Below, piece by piece: positions 48,345-61,216 of a stretch of 64,000 nucleotides of DNA. Origin of the DNA: Lepidodermella squamata (lineage: Eukaryota > Animalia > Gastrotricha). The translations under genes were made by a program, and so were the position numbers. The stretch covers positions 434,001-498,000 of the forward strand of contig JBLDXI010000034.1 of NCBI GenBank assembly GCA_047495785.1. Direction: 5' to 3'. The notes under the pieces were generated by a model that was not told where the DNA came from, ran no database searches, and saw only the letters and a program-made list of their open reading frames with translations. Position 1 is the first letter of the stretch. Each line of letters opens with the position of its first letter.

Positions 48345-49779
48345 CTAGCTAGGATGTGACCTATGTGTCAAGCCAAGCGCAGCTATGAAAGCATATAAAG
48401 AACAACCGCCAAAGAGAATAAAACTCCAGGTATAGCAATCAAGTCCGTAGCAAAACTGTTCATTCGGCTGGTAGATCGCCGCCTCGTAAATCGCCGAGAA
48501 ACCGAGTGAAAACGGGAAGCTCATCAGCCCGGAGACTAGCAGAGAGCAGCCGTAGTTCGACGCGAAATACTTCGACCCGAAGCGTTCGTTCAACCAAACC
48601 GGGGTCTGGCAAAACGTGATGCCGAACGAAATGCCAACGAAAATGCACGTCACAAGAAGGACATCGAAGCGATCGCCATAGGCCGCGCAGATGAAAAACA
48701 TGAGTGATTGCAAGAGATACGGGGCTAGAAATACTGAGGCCCTAGGTAGCCAAGGAAAGGATCTTGCTAACAGATCGCAAACAACCCCAGCTGCCAACTT
48801 CGAAATAGCTTGAAGGCAAGCATTCAGAACAGTGAAAAGCATGTAGTACCCCTCCATATCGAATGATAGCAAATACGAGGAAATGTTACTTTGAAACGTC
48901 AGTTGGCACCCACTTGCCAAACTAAATTGCAGAAGTAGTAGGTAGAATTCCGGCTGGAAAATCAGTTGCTTTATCGAATAATTGGTCGCGTCATCGACTT
49001 TAAGAGTTTTTTCATCCTCTACATAGCTCGATTTAGCCGTAAAACTTGTTTCGACCAAAGCTTCTGTCTCTTCGGAGTTTTCCTCAGGATTTTCTATATT
49101 CCCAGCGAAGAGGAATTGACAGAACCCAGTTAGCATAGTAAGGACTATTACAGTGTTGTAGAAACCGCCGATATTTTGCTTCCATTGATCGCCTTCCTCC
49201 GAGTAACCGTTCGCGAATAATTGAAAGTAGATTACCGAGAAAATCGCTGGGGCAGCGCTGCAGCACCCGTCGAGGTACCCAATCACCTTGCCCCTTTCAT
49301 CCGGGCCGAAATTGTGGACATTCGGCATGAGGGAGGACATGTAGATCAAGATGCAGCCGAAACCGTTGACGAACCAGATGAGATCAACAAGCCAATGGGT
49401 TGTCGTGGAGTGTCTGGTAATACCCGGATAGTTCGTACCATTTCGTCGCTAGGCTGAGGAGTAAGTAACTAACAGCTGATAGGATGCAGCCGATAAGTGA
49501 CGTGGCCTGACTCCCGAATCGTTCGTACAACATCCCGGCTGGGAATGCGATAGAGAATCCTAACGTCCCCATTATGTACATCATATTTGACTCAGTCTCG
49601 CTCTGCTCCAGCATAGTTCTTATCGCATTTTGCCAAATTGGGAAGGTTGAGGCCGACATTGCCATGCCGAGTGTGCTGATGATAAGGGAGATCCATCGGC
49701 GTTGGCGGTGGCTCAGGACCGATTTTCCGAGCGGCAAGTGATCGCGGGTTAGTCGGCGTAAAAATCCGACGCTAGGCAT
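48345..49779 (-). pseudogene. MFS transporter (nodulin-like/Mch1 type) split by a 1-nt frameshift; pseudogene or assembly error
   Basis: ORFs 49384-49779 and 48345-49349 join if one T is removed at ccaTtgg near 49395 (HDNP-WLVDLIWFVNGFG). Motifs GMLYERFG, RGKVIG, ERFGSKYFASNYG. Confidence 0.8.
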
Positions 49780-50633
49780 GGTTGTTTTGATAGGGCATTT
49801 GGGAGATTAATTAGCCCTGGCGGTGTTTTTCGCGACGTTTTGCGAGACATGTTTATCTGCCTTATCTCTGTTTGTTATAGCGTACTATGGGTTGATAAAT
49901 GTGGGTGCAACAGCCGATGTTGTTTACACTGTCTGGCTATTACTGGAAAAACCTTGAAACAAATGAATCATCCCGTAATGTCTGTGGTCAGTTCAAATTT
50001 CGCATCATCGATTTGATTTTCCAGAAATTTAGCCACACAAAAACCGGAATTCCAGCTTAAGATTTCGAAATTTCGATTCCCCAGACTTGAGCTGAGAAAA
50101 TCCCAGCGTTTGGACACATTTGGCCACCCTCCGGTATGAGGAATAATTTTCGATGACGGCTGCTGATATCGAAAAAATCACTGATTTGTAAAATCAATAC
50201 TTGAAATCGATATCTGTTCCTCACGCTTCAATTTATAGCGCAAAATGTAGGAAAGCAAGATTCAATTGAAAAGTTGAAACAATTCTAGAGTCACATTGAA
50301 TTTTAAAATTTTTAAAATTTTTAAAATTTTAAATTTTAATTTAAAAAAATTGAAAAAACGGAAAATAAATGAGATTTTATTTAATTTTTGAAATAATGAT
50401 TCAAAATTCGCTAATTTTTCGAGAAATCTTGCTTTTGATTCTATTTTTACCTGAAACAAAGATAATCGTGTTATCGATTCTCTATTCCATAATTTAAAGA
50501 TTTCACTGTTGCAAAGTTTTATTACAATTCGAGAGGTAACTAAGAAATTAAGGAGGCACTAACAAATCAAATTCAAACAGGCAAAATCAAAGTATTGAGA
50601 TTATTTTCGCATCCCGCATCAAATCGAAAAGTC

Positions 50634-52384
50634 TCAGTTGTGAATGTAATTGTCTAGCAATTCGAAAATTCCGAAGGCGCCATTCATAATTCGAGGCTCG
50701 GGGGTTGGCATGATGGGGCCCGGTCCACGGCCTGGGGCAATAGCGGAGCAAGGGCGGCGATCTTCCATAAGAGCTGAAGAGGTATCACGACCGCTGTCAA
50801 CCGACTAAAATTGAAAATTAAAAAATTTGAAAAGTCAACGAAAATTGAAATTTCAATTTTTTCAATTTTTTAATTAATTTAAAAATTTTACCTGCTCGTT
50901 GAAATTACTCGTCACCGATTGACTTCGTCGTTCGGCGAGTTTTTCGCGAGGTAAGCGAGAAAATTTGACCTTCCAGCTAATTTTGAGAGGGCGATCAGGT
51001 CGGCCAGTTTGACGAGCGACAACGCGACCCTTTTCATCAATGTCCACGTACTTGATCGAAGTTTGCTTCTTGAATGTTTTACGAATTTTTGCGATTTCTG
51101 TGAAAAATTCGAACAAATAATTAAACTCGCTAATATTTTATTATTGGAAAATTTGGTTACCAGTAAAATAATTTGTGAATTTTTCAAAATTTATGAAATT
51201 TAGCCCGGTAATTTAATAATATCTCTCCTTTGAGCACTTTTGCTCAATTGCACAACTTGTGCTCAAAATGCTCAATGATTGCTCAATGGGTGCTCAATTT
51301 GTGCGCAATTTATGCTCAACGTCAGCCGGAACATATCGAAAGTGCTCAACTTGTGCGCAACAGGATAACAGGCTATCATTGAGCACTCCAAAGATGACAA
51401 AATTGAGTGTGAGGGCAGTGATCACTGGTTCGATTCCCGCCCCTGACTGGTTGTTTTTTTTAATATTTTTTCATTTGCAAATGGCTCGGTTGCAATTACA
51501 AAAAACTGCCAAAGTTGCAAAATTGTTAACAAATGGAACTATTGATGAGTCGATTTTGATAGTATCCATTTATGAGGAGCCAGTGGCGCAATGGATTTGA
51601 TTGCGGGCTTGAGAGCAGTGATCACTGGTTCAATTCCTGCCCGCGACTGATTTTTTTTAATTCATTGACGACTGGTGCTGAATCTGGCGCTGAACGCGAT
51701 GCTCAAGAGCCGCACAACGAGTGCTCGAAGGCTGCTCAAAGAAGCACAACGTGCCTGAAGAAATGTCTCATTTTGTGCTCAATGTGCACAACGCTGCTCA
51801 ACGGAGTGCTCAACAGTGCTTAACGGAATGCTCAAAGATGCTCAACGAAATTTAGCACCGGGTCGGGGTGGCGCACAACGAATGCTCAAAGGAGAGATAA
51901 TGATATTGATTTGAGCAAAAAATTCAAATTTTAATTACTTTTAAAAAAATTCAATTTTCCAGTTTTCATTTTTTTGAAAGTTATCGTCGGCAAAAATCAT
52001 GGAATAAAAAATGGTTGATAAATTAATCATAATTTTAGTCTAAATTCAGGGTTTTTCCCATTCATTTGAAAACTGAGTTTTTTGAAAAAATTAGTGAATA
52101 ATTCGAGACTCACTTCTCGGTGTCATCAGCAAAACTGGTACGATTGCTTTTTCGTGGAAGAGGCGATGATCGAAGGCAAGACGCTCAGCCACCACTTGAC
52201 AATCCATGTCTACTTCCGAATCGCTATCTAAAAATGCATACAAAATTCAGAATAAATTCGCTGAATCCGAAAATCCACCGATAAGATGTTTGTTCAACAA
52301 AGTGCGAAAATAATCACGTAACATGCGAAATGTGTTACCTGGAATGACAACAACAGGGCCTGGTCGATGAGCGGAGTGCAGCAT
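50634..52384 (-). CDS. Unknown protein, about 178 aa
   Basis: Exons 52384-52339, 52227-52114, 51097-50892, 50804-50634 have canonical GT-AG sites, compatible phases and no stops. Confidence 0.7.
51222..51897. mobile_element. Intronic TIR element containing two tRNA-like segments
   Basis: TA-TCTCTCCTTTGAGCA...TGCTCAAAGGAGAGA-TA. TGCTCAA sub-repeats; B-box-like GGTTCRATTCC near 51427 and 51627. Confidence 0.8.
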
Positions 52385-53565
52385 GTTGTGCTCTAAGCAG
52401 AAATGAATCGGACAAAGTCAGCAGCTGCCGTTTTTGCCCACTAAGATTAGTACTGGTAAAGGCTTGTTGCAATAACAACGCTTGCAATAGGTAATTATTT
52501 CGCTGACCCAGCAGCAATATGCGTGCGTTGTGCCAATTTTTATTGCGCCCTGTCTGGGTCATGTCGGCGAGGTGCAATTATCGTCCTCTAAATCCGTGCT
52601 ATGCGCCCCAATTAATTCGCTAATTTTCCTATTAAATTATTAAAATACTTGAAAAAATATTGGCGGTAATGGAGGAATTCGAAGAAATCGTAATTTTCAA
52701 GCAGAAAAAAATGCAGAAATTAAATAATAAAAATAAAATTAATAATTTTAATTTTAAAAATTTCAAACGTTTTTTATTTGAAGAAATAAATAATTTTGTC
52801 AAATCAGGGCACAATTCTCAATTTGTGTAGAGGACCGCGTCATTTTTCAAGTAGATGAAACGGAAAGTCGAAAATTACGGAAAATTTTTTAAATTGTTAT
52901 TCTCAAAATTATTTGTTAATTGATGCGTTCTAGCGATATATTCATTCAAAATTATTTATTTGCGATATTTTTTTCGAGATGAAGGTTATGCATCTCTCAA
53001 ATCTGCTCACTTCGCCAATAGCCTGGAGAGCCGATATCGATTTGCAGTATTTTACAAAAATCAGTGATTTGGACACTTTTCGAATGGTTAATCTGCAGTT
53101 GCAAGGTTGCTAAAATAAACAAAACAAATTCAAGACAAGGAAAAATCGGCGGAATAAATAGGAATAATTAAACTTGAAAAACCGAAAAATCTGTAAGTTC
53201 AAATGTATAATGGCGAAAAAAAAATATTTTCCATTTTCTATTTTTCTCATTTTTCTCCAAAATAAATGCAAAATATATTTAAAATTGAAATTATTTAAAA
53301 CTCCGGAAGAGATAGAATTACGATACAAATGCGACTAGTAGGGGAGATAACTCACCTCTTATCTTGAATTATCTTGAATCAACACGTCCTTCTTATCGCG
53401 GAAGGGCAGATAGTTTCGCTATCTTTCACGATTTTATCAAGCTTAGGACTACCGGCTTCAAGTAAAATGGCTGCCGAGCACTATAACTCAACTCAGATAA
53501 TATAGCAAGGTTACTACACCAATTCCTTCATTAGAATTAACGCTTTTGAATAATCATTTTCAAAA

Positions 53566-53963
53566 ATGAGTGATCATCATCACTACGACAGCCAGTAAAT
53601 TTAATTTAAATGTTAACAAAAATTGATAAAATTGAGATTTTATTTTAATTTATTTCAAGCTTTGACAGTTATTCAAGCAATCACCATCATTACATAGAAC
53701 CGAGTGGCCATCATCACCATGAAGATCACCACCATCATCATCATCACAGCCATCATTTGGACGGCGATCGTCATGGCATTAATGACAGCATTCACGTGAT
53801 TTCGACGCTGTCAGACGGCTATCCGAACAGCCAGGGTGCTTACGTGCTCATGGAGACGGACAACAGGCGCCATATGCGGTATGCCGCCATCGGCTGCTTA
53901 GCTATGACTGTTTTTATCGTAGTCACTACTGTTGTAGTTCTTGCTGCGCTGGGCGAAATATAA
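53566..53963 (+). CDS. Small histidine-rich protein with a C-terminal transmembrane helix (110 aa)
   Basis: Exons 53566-53594 and 53660-53963: MSDHHHYDSHFDSYSSNHHHYIEPSGHHHHEDHHHHHHHSHH...AAIGCLAMTVFIVVTTVVVLAALGEI. AATAAA near 53997. Confidence 0.8.
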
Positions 53964-54315
53964 GTTGGAAATTCAAAAAATCAAGCGCTTTTTTTCAATA
54001 AAATTTCAATAATTTTGCTTTATATTTTATGAGTAGGTCCAAATATTTGCACCACTAAAACTGCGGGGCACTAAATTTTTGATGTTCTTTGAGTTCGAGG
54101 TGTTTTCGTTGTTGACCGTTTTTGCCATAGGATGTTTTATTTCAGCTACCTGGCGCCCTCAATGTATTGGCTTCCTCGACGGCTGATATTGAAAAAATCA
54201 CTGATTTTTTGTAAAATCGATACTTGGATCGATCGACATCGGGTCTGCAGGCGTAGAACTCATTAACAATCAACAGATCGGCATATTTCAACATGGATAA
54301 CTGATTTCATCAAAT

Positions 54316-54610
54316 GGTTCAGAAAATTGCCGGCGCCTTTGGGGACATCTCGGGTCATCTTGGTGAACTCACTCGATCTCTAACTGTAGCACCTGGAAGC
54401 TATTGATTTTCAAATTCCCCTTACTCGTTTGGTAATGAAATGGTAATTTAGAGAGTTCATCTTGCCCATGATCTCTCTTAAAGATCATTTCTTTACTAAA
54501 TCAAATACGGGGAATTCGAACGTCTGCAGTTAGAGATCGAGAGAGTTCACCAAGATGACCCGAGAAGTCCGCAAAGGCGCCGGTGGGGCAAAAAGGCGAT
54601 TTTTCTGACC
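54316..54610. mobile_element. Foldback element
   Basis: About 55-bp near-perfect inverted arms CCGGCGCCTTTG...GATCTCTAACTG / CAGTTAGAGATC...CAAAGGCGCCGG. Confidence 0.7.
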
Positions 54611-55341
54611 TTTCATTTGGCGGATAGGGCGTTAGGTGGCATAAAAAAGTGGTCGCATGCCGCAGCATTTGCAAATTCGGCTCAAATATGTAAATTCACA
54701 ACGGGGAGATTGTTAGTTTCCTATCTGTTACAGTGTTGTCTATATGTATCCAACCCCACAAAGGAATTCAAAGGTAACTGACTCAGGGTATTCCGGACAT
54801 AACAGCTCAGTGTGAATATTCTCATGCGAATTGAGGTCAAAGTTCACATTGAAGCGAGATGATGATTTAAAGAAAAAGAAAAAGAAAATAAATGAAATTT
54901 TACAATAAATAGTTTGTTAAATTCCCAGTGGTAGAGTTTGATAAATTAGAATTTTTTTCTGTAATTACCGATTACTGAATTTGCTCATCCGGATACGATT
55001 AGACAAGAGCTGATATCTTTATCCTTCGAAGAATTATTTATCTTCCATTTTCCATTCAGCACTGAAAAGCAAAATGTAGCAAATGTTTCGCTTTTTCTCA
55101 GGAATTGCAAAATAGATAGACTACAACCAAAGATAAAACCTGAGCAAAACGGTTCTACCGGCACACGGCACACTTTAGAAATATACAAGCACGGCATACT
55201 GGCTGGTATGTTATATGATAAGACGAGCTCCTAATCGCCGCAAAACGACAGAAATTGCACTTATGTCAAGCTTTCATCATGTTCTCTATTTCTTAAGGCC
55301 TATTTTTTGTCTCAGCCATCAAATTCAACCAAGAATTGAAT

Positions 55342-58300
55342 ATGGATCCAAGGAGGCATCCATCTATGTCGGGGTTCACCTTTGTTAAAAACTTGGGTGA
55401 TGGCCGCCTACGAAAATCTGTGTTGTACAAACATAGCGGGCGTAAACAAGAGCGAGTGGTTTTCAAAGAAACCAACTTGACTATCCTTCGAAACGAATTT
55501 CGAAACGACTTCGATAGAATTGCTGAACTTCTGAACGAAAGAGTGAGTTTTAAGTTCTACGAATTGTAGATTTTCGATTCAAAATCATCATGAGGGTAGT
55601 GAGAGGTTACTTCAATGAGGGATTAACCTGGTGAAACGGCCGGCTAACTCCTATAATTTATGTAGTAACAAGTATGTTTCAAAATCGCAGGATTCGTTAA
55701 TGGCCAGTATCAGCCATGCAAACATAGCCAAGATTTACAACGCTTTCGAAGGTTTGCAATCCAGTTTTTCGAATTATCCTAAAAATTTTGACATAGAGGA
55801 ACTCCAAGGTTCTCGCATGAGATACTTGGTGATGGAGTTTTGCGATGGTGGAAGCTTCGAACGCCTGATCTTGACTGAGACTGCACCCATCCCTGAAATC
55901 ATGCTTCAAATATGGTCGCGTCAACTCGTATCAGCTTTGGTTTATCTTCACGGCCGAAGAATCGTTCATCGCAACATAACGACAAGCAATGTACTTCTAA
56001 CAAAAGACCGCGGCACAGCGAAACTAGCTGATTTAGGAATCATTGAGAAATTAGACATGTAAGATTGCAAAGTAGCGTTCACTCGGTGTCAAGCTTGATT
56101 GTCTAATCAGTTGTTCGAAAATGACTGCTCTAGCGAAGTGGAGGACTTCCCCTCCGGAGGTATGGAACGGTCAACCGAAATCATCTGCAAGTGATGTCTG
56201 GTCGCTGGGATTTGCGCTCTTCAAATTAGCCAACTTCAAAGAACCAGTATGAGAAATAACCTAAGTGATTAGTTTTTTTTTGAAACTCAAATAATTTCCC
56301 AGATCGACTCGACAGGTGATATCATGAGGTAAAGCTGGGGAGTTGAATTCAGTGTTCAGTGGTCGCAAGCTACATTTTTTTATATTTATTTTGATATAGT
56401 AAAAACCCTTTGAAACCATTTGAGTCCTCTCCTGGCTATTCCTATGAATTCCGCGGTTTTGTTATGATAATGCTCGCTAGGAATCCAGGTGATCGGCCGA
56501 ACTCAAGTCAGCTTCAAGCCAGTATATTTCTGCGGAAATCAGCGCCCATGCAGTATACAAAGGTTTCATTACTTTCTAAATAATCTGAATTCTCGCTTGA
56601 ACCCTAATGCATCGTTGCTTTTATTCTCCAGTCAGTCGGTCAACCCAGCCTAGGGGATGTTGAGGTAGCTACAGATTTGTCCACTGTTGATTCAGGCTTT
56701 TGAGCTTTGCCAGGAGCTGTTTAAATGTGTACGGCAGAAAGACGTGTTGAAATTGGTGCAACTGCTGTTGAACAGGGACCTAGGTCTTAGCCCTGATTGC
56801 AAAGACACCATGGGGCGTCCTCTGTTGTATCTTGCTGCTGAGACAGGCTACAGCGACATTGTGGAAACTCTGGTCAGGCAATTCAAGGCAGATGTTGAAG
56901 TTAGAAACAAAAATGGCGCGACTCCACTGTGGGCCGCCGCCAAGAATGGCCACGTCGAGGTGGTGAAGATGTTGGCTGGCGAGTTCAAGGCCGAAGTTAA
57001 TTATGCCAACAGTGCCCTTGAGACGCCACTGTATGTCGCAGCCAAGAATAACAAACTCGAGGTGGTGACGATGTTGGTTGGCACGTTCAAGGCCGTCGTG
57101 AATAAGGCCGCAAATGATGGTCGTACGCCACTTTTTATAGCCGCCCAGGAGGGCCACGTCAAGGTGGTAGAAGCACTTGCTGGCCACATAGCCGCCCAGC
57201 AGGGCCACGTCAAGGTGGAAGAGGCACTTGCCTCGGTTAATGATGCAAAGAAAGCATTGACTGAGGCCGCTGATAAGAAACATTTCGATGTTGTCGATAT
57301 CTTGTTCACGAAATTCGGAGACAAAATCGACGCCGCTGTCAGACACGATGCAATCGAAAAATCTATGCTCGCAGAGCATCCTGGGATTCGACCGACGTCT
57401 AGTCAGCTTCGATTCAGTTATTTTTTTCTGAATTCGGCACCTATGCGGTATACAAAGGTATGATCAATTTCCCCCACCTGAAATCTGTTGCAATCATGCA
57501 TTGTTCCTTTCCTTCTTCAGCCGGACCATTCATCCGCCGAACCCAAGCAAGAGATTGTTAAGGTAGCTCCGAATTATTTTACACTTGATTCAGTTGTTAG
57601 TAATTGAAATTTCCAGGAGTTATTTGACTGTGTACGGGGGAAGAAAGATGTTTTAAAATTGGTGCAGCTACTGTCGAACACAAACCTCGGTCTTACCCCT
57701 GATTGCAAAGACGAAAAGGGCTTCCCGCTTTTATACCAGGCTGCTCGAAACGGCTACAGCGACGTTGTGGAAACTCTTGTCAGGCGATTCAAGGCAGACG
57801 TTGAAGTTCGTACTGCATATGGCGCGACACCACTGTTTGCAGCCGCCTTCAATGGCTACGTCGAGGTGGTCCGGATGTTTGCTGGCGAGTTCAATGCCGA
57901 CGTGAATTCTACCACTACTGATGGTCGTACGCCACTGTACATCGCCGCCCAGAATGGCCACACCGAGGTGGTCCGGATGATGGCGAACGAGTTCAAGGTC
58001 GATGTTAATTTTGCCACCAATGATGGCCGTACGCCACTGTTCACCGCTGCCTTCAATGGCCACATCGAGGTGGTGAGGCTGTTGGCTGGCGAGTTCAATG
58101 CTGATGTTAATTCGGCCGATAAGGGTGGCTATACGCCAGTGTACGTCGCCGCCTTCAATGGCCACGCTGACATTGTGAGGCTTTTGGCTGGCGAGTTCAA
58201 GGCCGACGTGAATAGGGCCGAAAAAGATGGACTTACACCACTGTACGCCGCCGCCTTCAATGGCCATACCGACATTGTGCGGATTTTAGCTGGCGAGTTC

Positions 58301-58840
58301 AAGGCCGATGTTAATTCGGCCAACTATCATGGCTTTACGCCACTCTTCGTCGCCGCCGAGAAGGGTCATGCCGAGGTGGTGAGGATGTTGGCTGGCGAGT
58401 TCAAAGCCGATATTAATTTTGCCGCGAAAGATGGCTGTACACCTCTGTACTTCGCCGCCCAGAAGGGCCACGCCGACATTGTGAGGATGTTGGCTGACGA
58501 GTTCAACGCTGACGTTGATTCCGCCAGCAATGATGGCGTGACGCCATTGTACATGGCTGCCCAGAACGGCCACGTCGAGGTGGTTGAGGCGTTAGCTGGC
58601 CTATTTAAAGCCAACGTGAATGCTGCATGTAATGACGGCATGACACCGTTGATGGCAGCCGCATATAAGGGCCATCACGATGTTGCTGAAGTCCTCCTCA
58701 CGAAATTCGGAGCCAATATCGACGCCGTAGATCGCAGAAATAAGACAGCCATAGATTGGGCCCATAACTGCGATGAAGGTGTTTCCGCTGATGCCAAGAA
58801 CGAGACTATCGTAATATTCGAGCGGACTAAGTCAAAATAG
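55342..58840 (+). CDS. Pseudokinase-ankyrin protein, copy 3 (about 963 aa) with two tandem ANK cassettes
   Basis: Exons 55342-55542, 55691-55751, 55797-56058, 56111-56246, 56303-56328, 56400-56562, 56632-56664, 56714-57457, 57521-57562, 57617-58840, all in frame. Confidence 0.82.
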
Positions 58841-59234
58841 CCTACCGTCGAACATCAATCTAGTCTCTAGTCAGATTCACTCTAAACTTATCTGGAAACC
58901 AGGATAAAAAGTCACGAGCATCATTTTTGCAATGATTGAAACGCTCGCGTTGGTGAAGAGAAAATTTGGCCTAACCCCAAGCCATTGCACGTCAAACACG
59001 AAGCTGAACTATAGTCATGTTCCTGCAACGATTTTAGTTTTATTATATTGCAGCATGGCAGGTGAAAACTTAAAGCATAAAAATGACTAAATAAAGCAAG
59101 TAATAGAGCATCTGATATCAACACAACAATCAACAATTCACATGTGTCGAGTTCACATCTGGAGCCATGAGAGAAGCAATGAATAATGAATCAGAAGGTT
59201 TTTTATAGCTGCCACATTCCTTACAAAATGCATA

Positions 59235-60049
59235 CCGTAAGGCGGTCTTACTTCGGACAGGGTAACTTCGGACACTTTTGACTTTGAACTGGAGTTTCTT
59301 CTCAACCCCGGTGAATATGGAAGCCATTCAAATTGCAAAAGATAGCCCTGAGTCATGGCTTTCAAATTACACCAGCAACATTGAAAACAGATAAGTATGC
59401 GAAGAATAGTCCAACTTCTTGGCAGTCATGTCCCGCGACCCAAAATTGCTAACTTTTCACCAGGTAGGTATTTTTTGCTGGAGAGAAGCGGAAAAGATAG
59501 AGCACCATCGATTTAGTAATGCTGTCATGTTCAAACCAATTTTTAACGAAAATTTTGATCAGGAAATACTTTAGAAAACAAATGTAGTCCCGGGTAAGTT
59601 CGGACAGCTTCAAACTACGGCAAATTCAAAAAGATGTCAATTGACCTTGACATTTTTTAAACTCCATATTTTATTGAGAACAGCACTAAGCTGCGTTGGG
59701 AGCACAATTCAATATTGAGGGTTCAAATCCCTCATCATGCATTTTGGTTTTTTTTCAAGTTTTTTTTTCTTAAATCTGCTCACAAATTTTATCTCGCTTT
59801 AATGTGAACTTTGACCCCAATCTAATCACATTGAGCTGTCCGAAATTACCCCAGTTGTGTCCGAAGTTAGCCGGGCCAGTTTTCCTTTAATACCTGTACG
59901 GGAAAAAAAAGAAATTTTCCGGAGTTGATACTAGAATATGCAGTTTTTCAAGGCGCATCTTTTGACATAAAGCCCCTCAAAAAATTCGTTCACCTCGAAA
60001 AACTAAGCCCCAAAAACACGTTTTTGTCCGAAGTAAGACCGCCTTACGG
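59235..60049. mobile_element. TA-flanked MITE with CCGTA termini
   Basis: Perfect TIR CCGTAAGGCGGTCTTACTTCGGACA. Confidence 0.88.
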
Positions 60050-60053
60050 TATA

Positions 60054-60508
60054 CCGTAAACTACAGTATAAAGGCCGCATCCTGAATAAAGGCCGCACCC
60101 GAATAATCGCCGCAAAAACACCCCATTTTCAACAATTTGGCAATAATAAAGGCCGCGCGCGAATAATCGCCGCACTTAACAGCGATTAGCAGTCACCCTC
60201 AATGAAACACTTGGGGTGACTCCGAGTAGACGGATTATCCGCACTTCTTAGCGAATATGTAAACTCATAGCGCTAGCTGCAGATCTTGATTACAGTGAGA
60301 TCCGGCCTCTGGCGCACCTGTTACACCCGTTAGTAGTGAATAAACTGCTAGTTCAGCGTGACGGCTGAAAATTCAAGAAAATAAAGGCCGCACTCGAATA
60401 ATCGCCGCACCTTAATAATCGCCGCACCTTAATAATCGCCGCATTTTTCACCCCTTTCTGAAAAATCAGGAAAATTAATCGCCGCGGCCTCTATACTGTA
60501 GTTTACGG
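60054..60508. mobile_element. Second CCGTA-type MITE, directly abutting the previous one
   Basis: TIR CCGTAAACTACAGTATA.AGGCCGC; AATAATCGCCGCA sub-repeats; TA flanks. Confidence 0.88.
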
Positions 60509-61216
60509 TACCTTAACCATCAAACATCGCCGGATCATGACACCAGAAAAAGACCATGGGCTCCTGGGGTCTGACCGGGCCCAGCGGGGCCCTTGATGGT
60601 AAGGGACCCCGTTTAGCTTTCCATTTTAGTTGCAAACATGCAATGAGAGGATGCTGACAGAGATCCGACAAGGTCCAGCTCTGAGGGGGGTAAATCGAGC
60701 ATTTAAACCCAAAATTCGCAAATCAACAGGGGGGACCCTTACGTTTTTCTGAAATTTTCGAAGGCCAGGGGGTTTGTTTAACCCCCTTACTCTCGGATCA
60801 CTGCTGGAAATTTGAAAAAAGTGAGACTTTAGATCATTATTTGATGACAAATTTTGAAATTTAGAGTTATAGACGCTTAATCTTTATCTTTCAAAACATT
60901 ATTCATCTTCCATTCAAATCCAAATTTTCGCTTTTCTCTAGAACTGCAAGATAAATTAACTTCAAACAAATCGCTTAAGGATAACATGCGACCTATAACC
61001 AAGACTGCTCTACCGGCACACGTTACACAGAGATAGAAACATATCAGATACCAGCGAATTTTGGCTGGTATTTGATATGATAAAGCAAGTTTCTTATCGC
61101 CAGAACTTGAGAGCAATTGCTTGTTCATATCGTCGCCTATTTCTTGCTTTTATCCTGTTTCCCATTCGCTAAGGCTTATTTTTCTTGTCAGCCATCAAAT
61201 TCAGCTCGGATTGAAT

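Noticed and set aside
4486-58641. Long antisense ORFs over the ankyrin exons (e.g. 4486-5079, 12414-13223, 57731-58267)
   Set aside because: Shadow frames produced by GC-rich, repetitive ANK codons; no independent protein features.
60070-60490. Short recurring AATAATCGCCGCA units, and CAGCAGTGAC units at 31048-31606, as possible CRISPR-like arrays
   Set aside because: Irregular spacing, no unique spacers, no cas genes, eukaryotic context; they are subterminal repeats of TIR elements.
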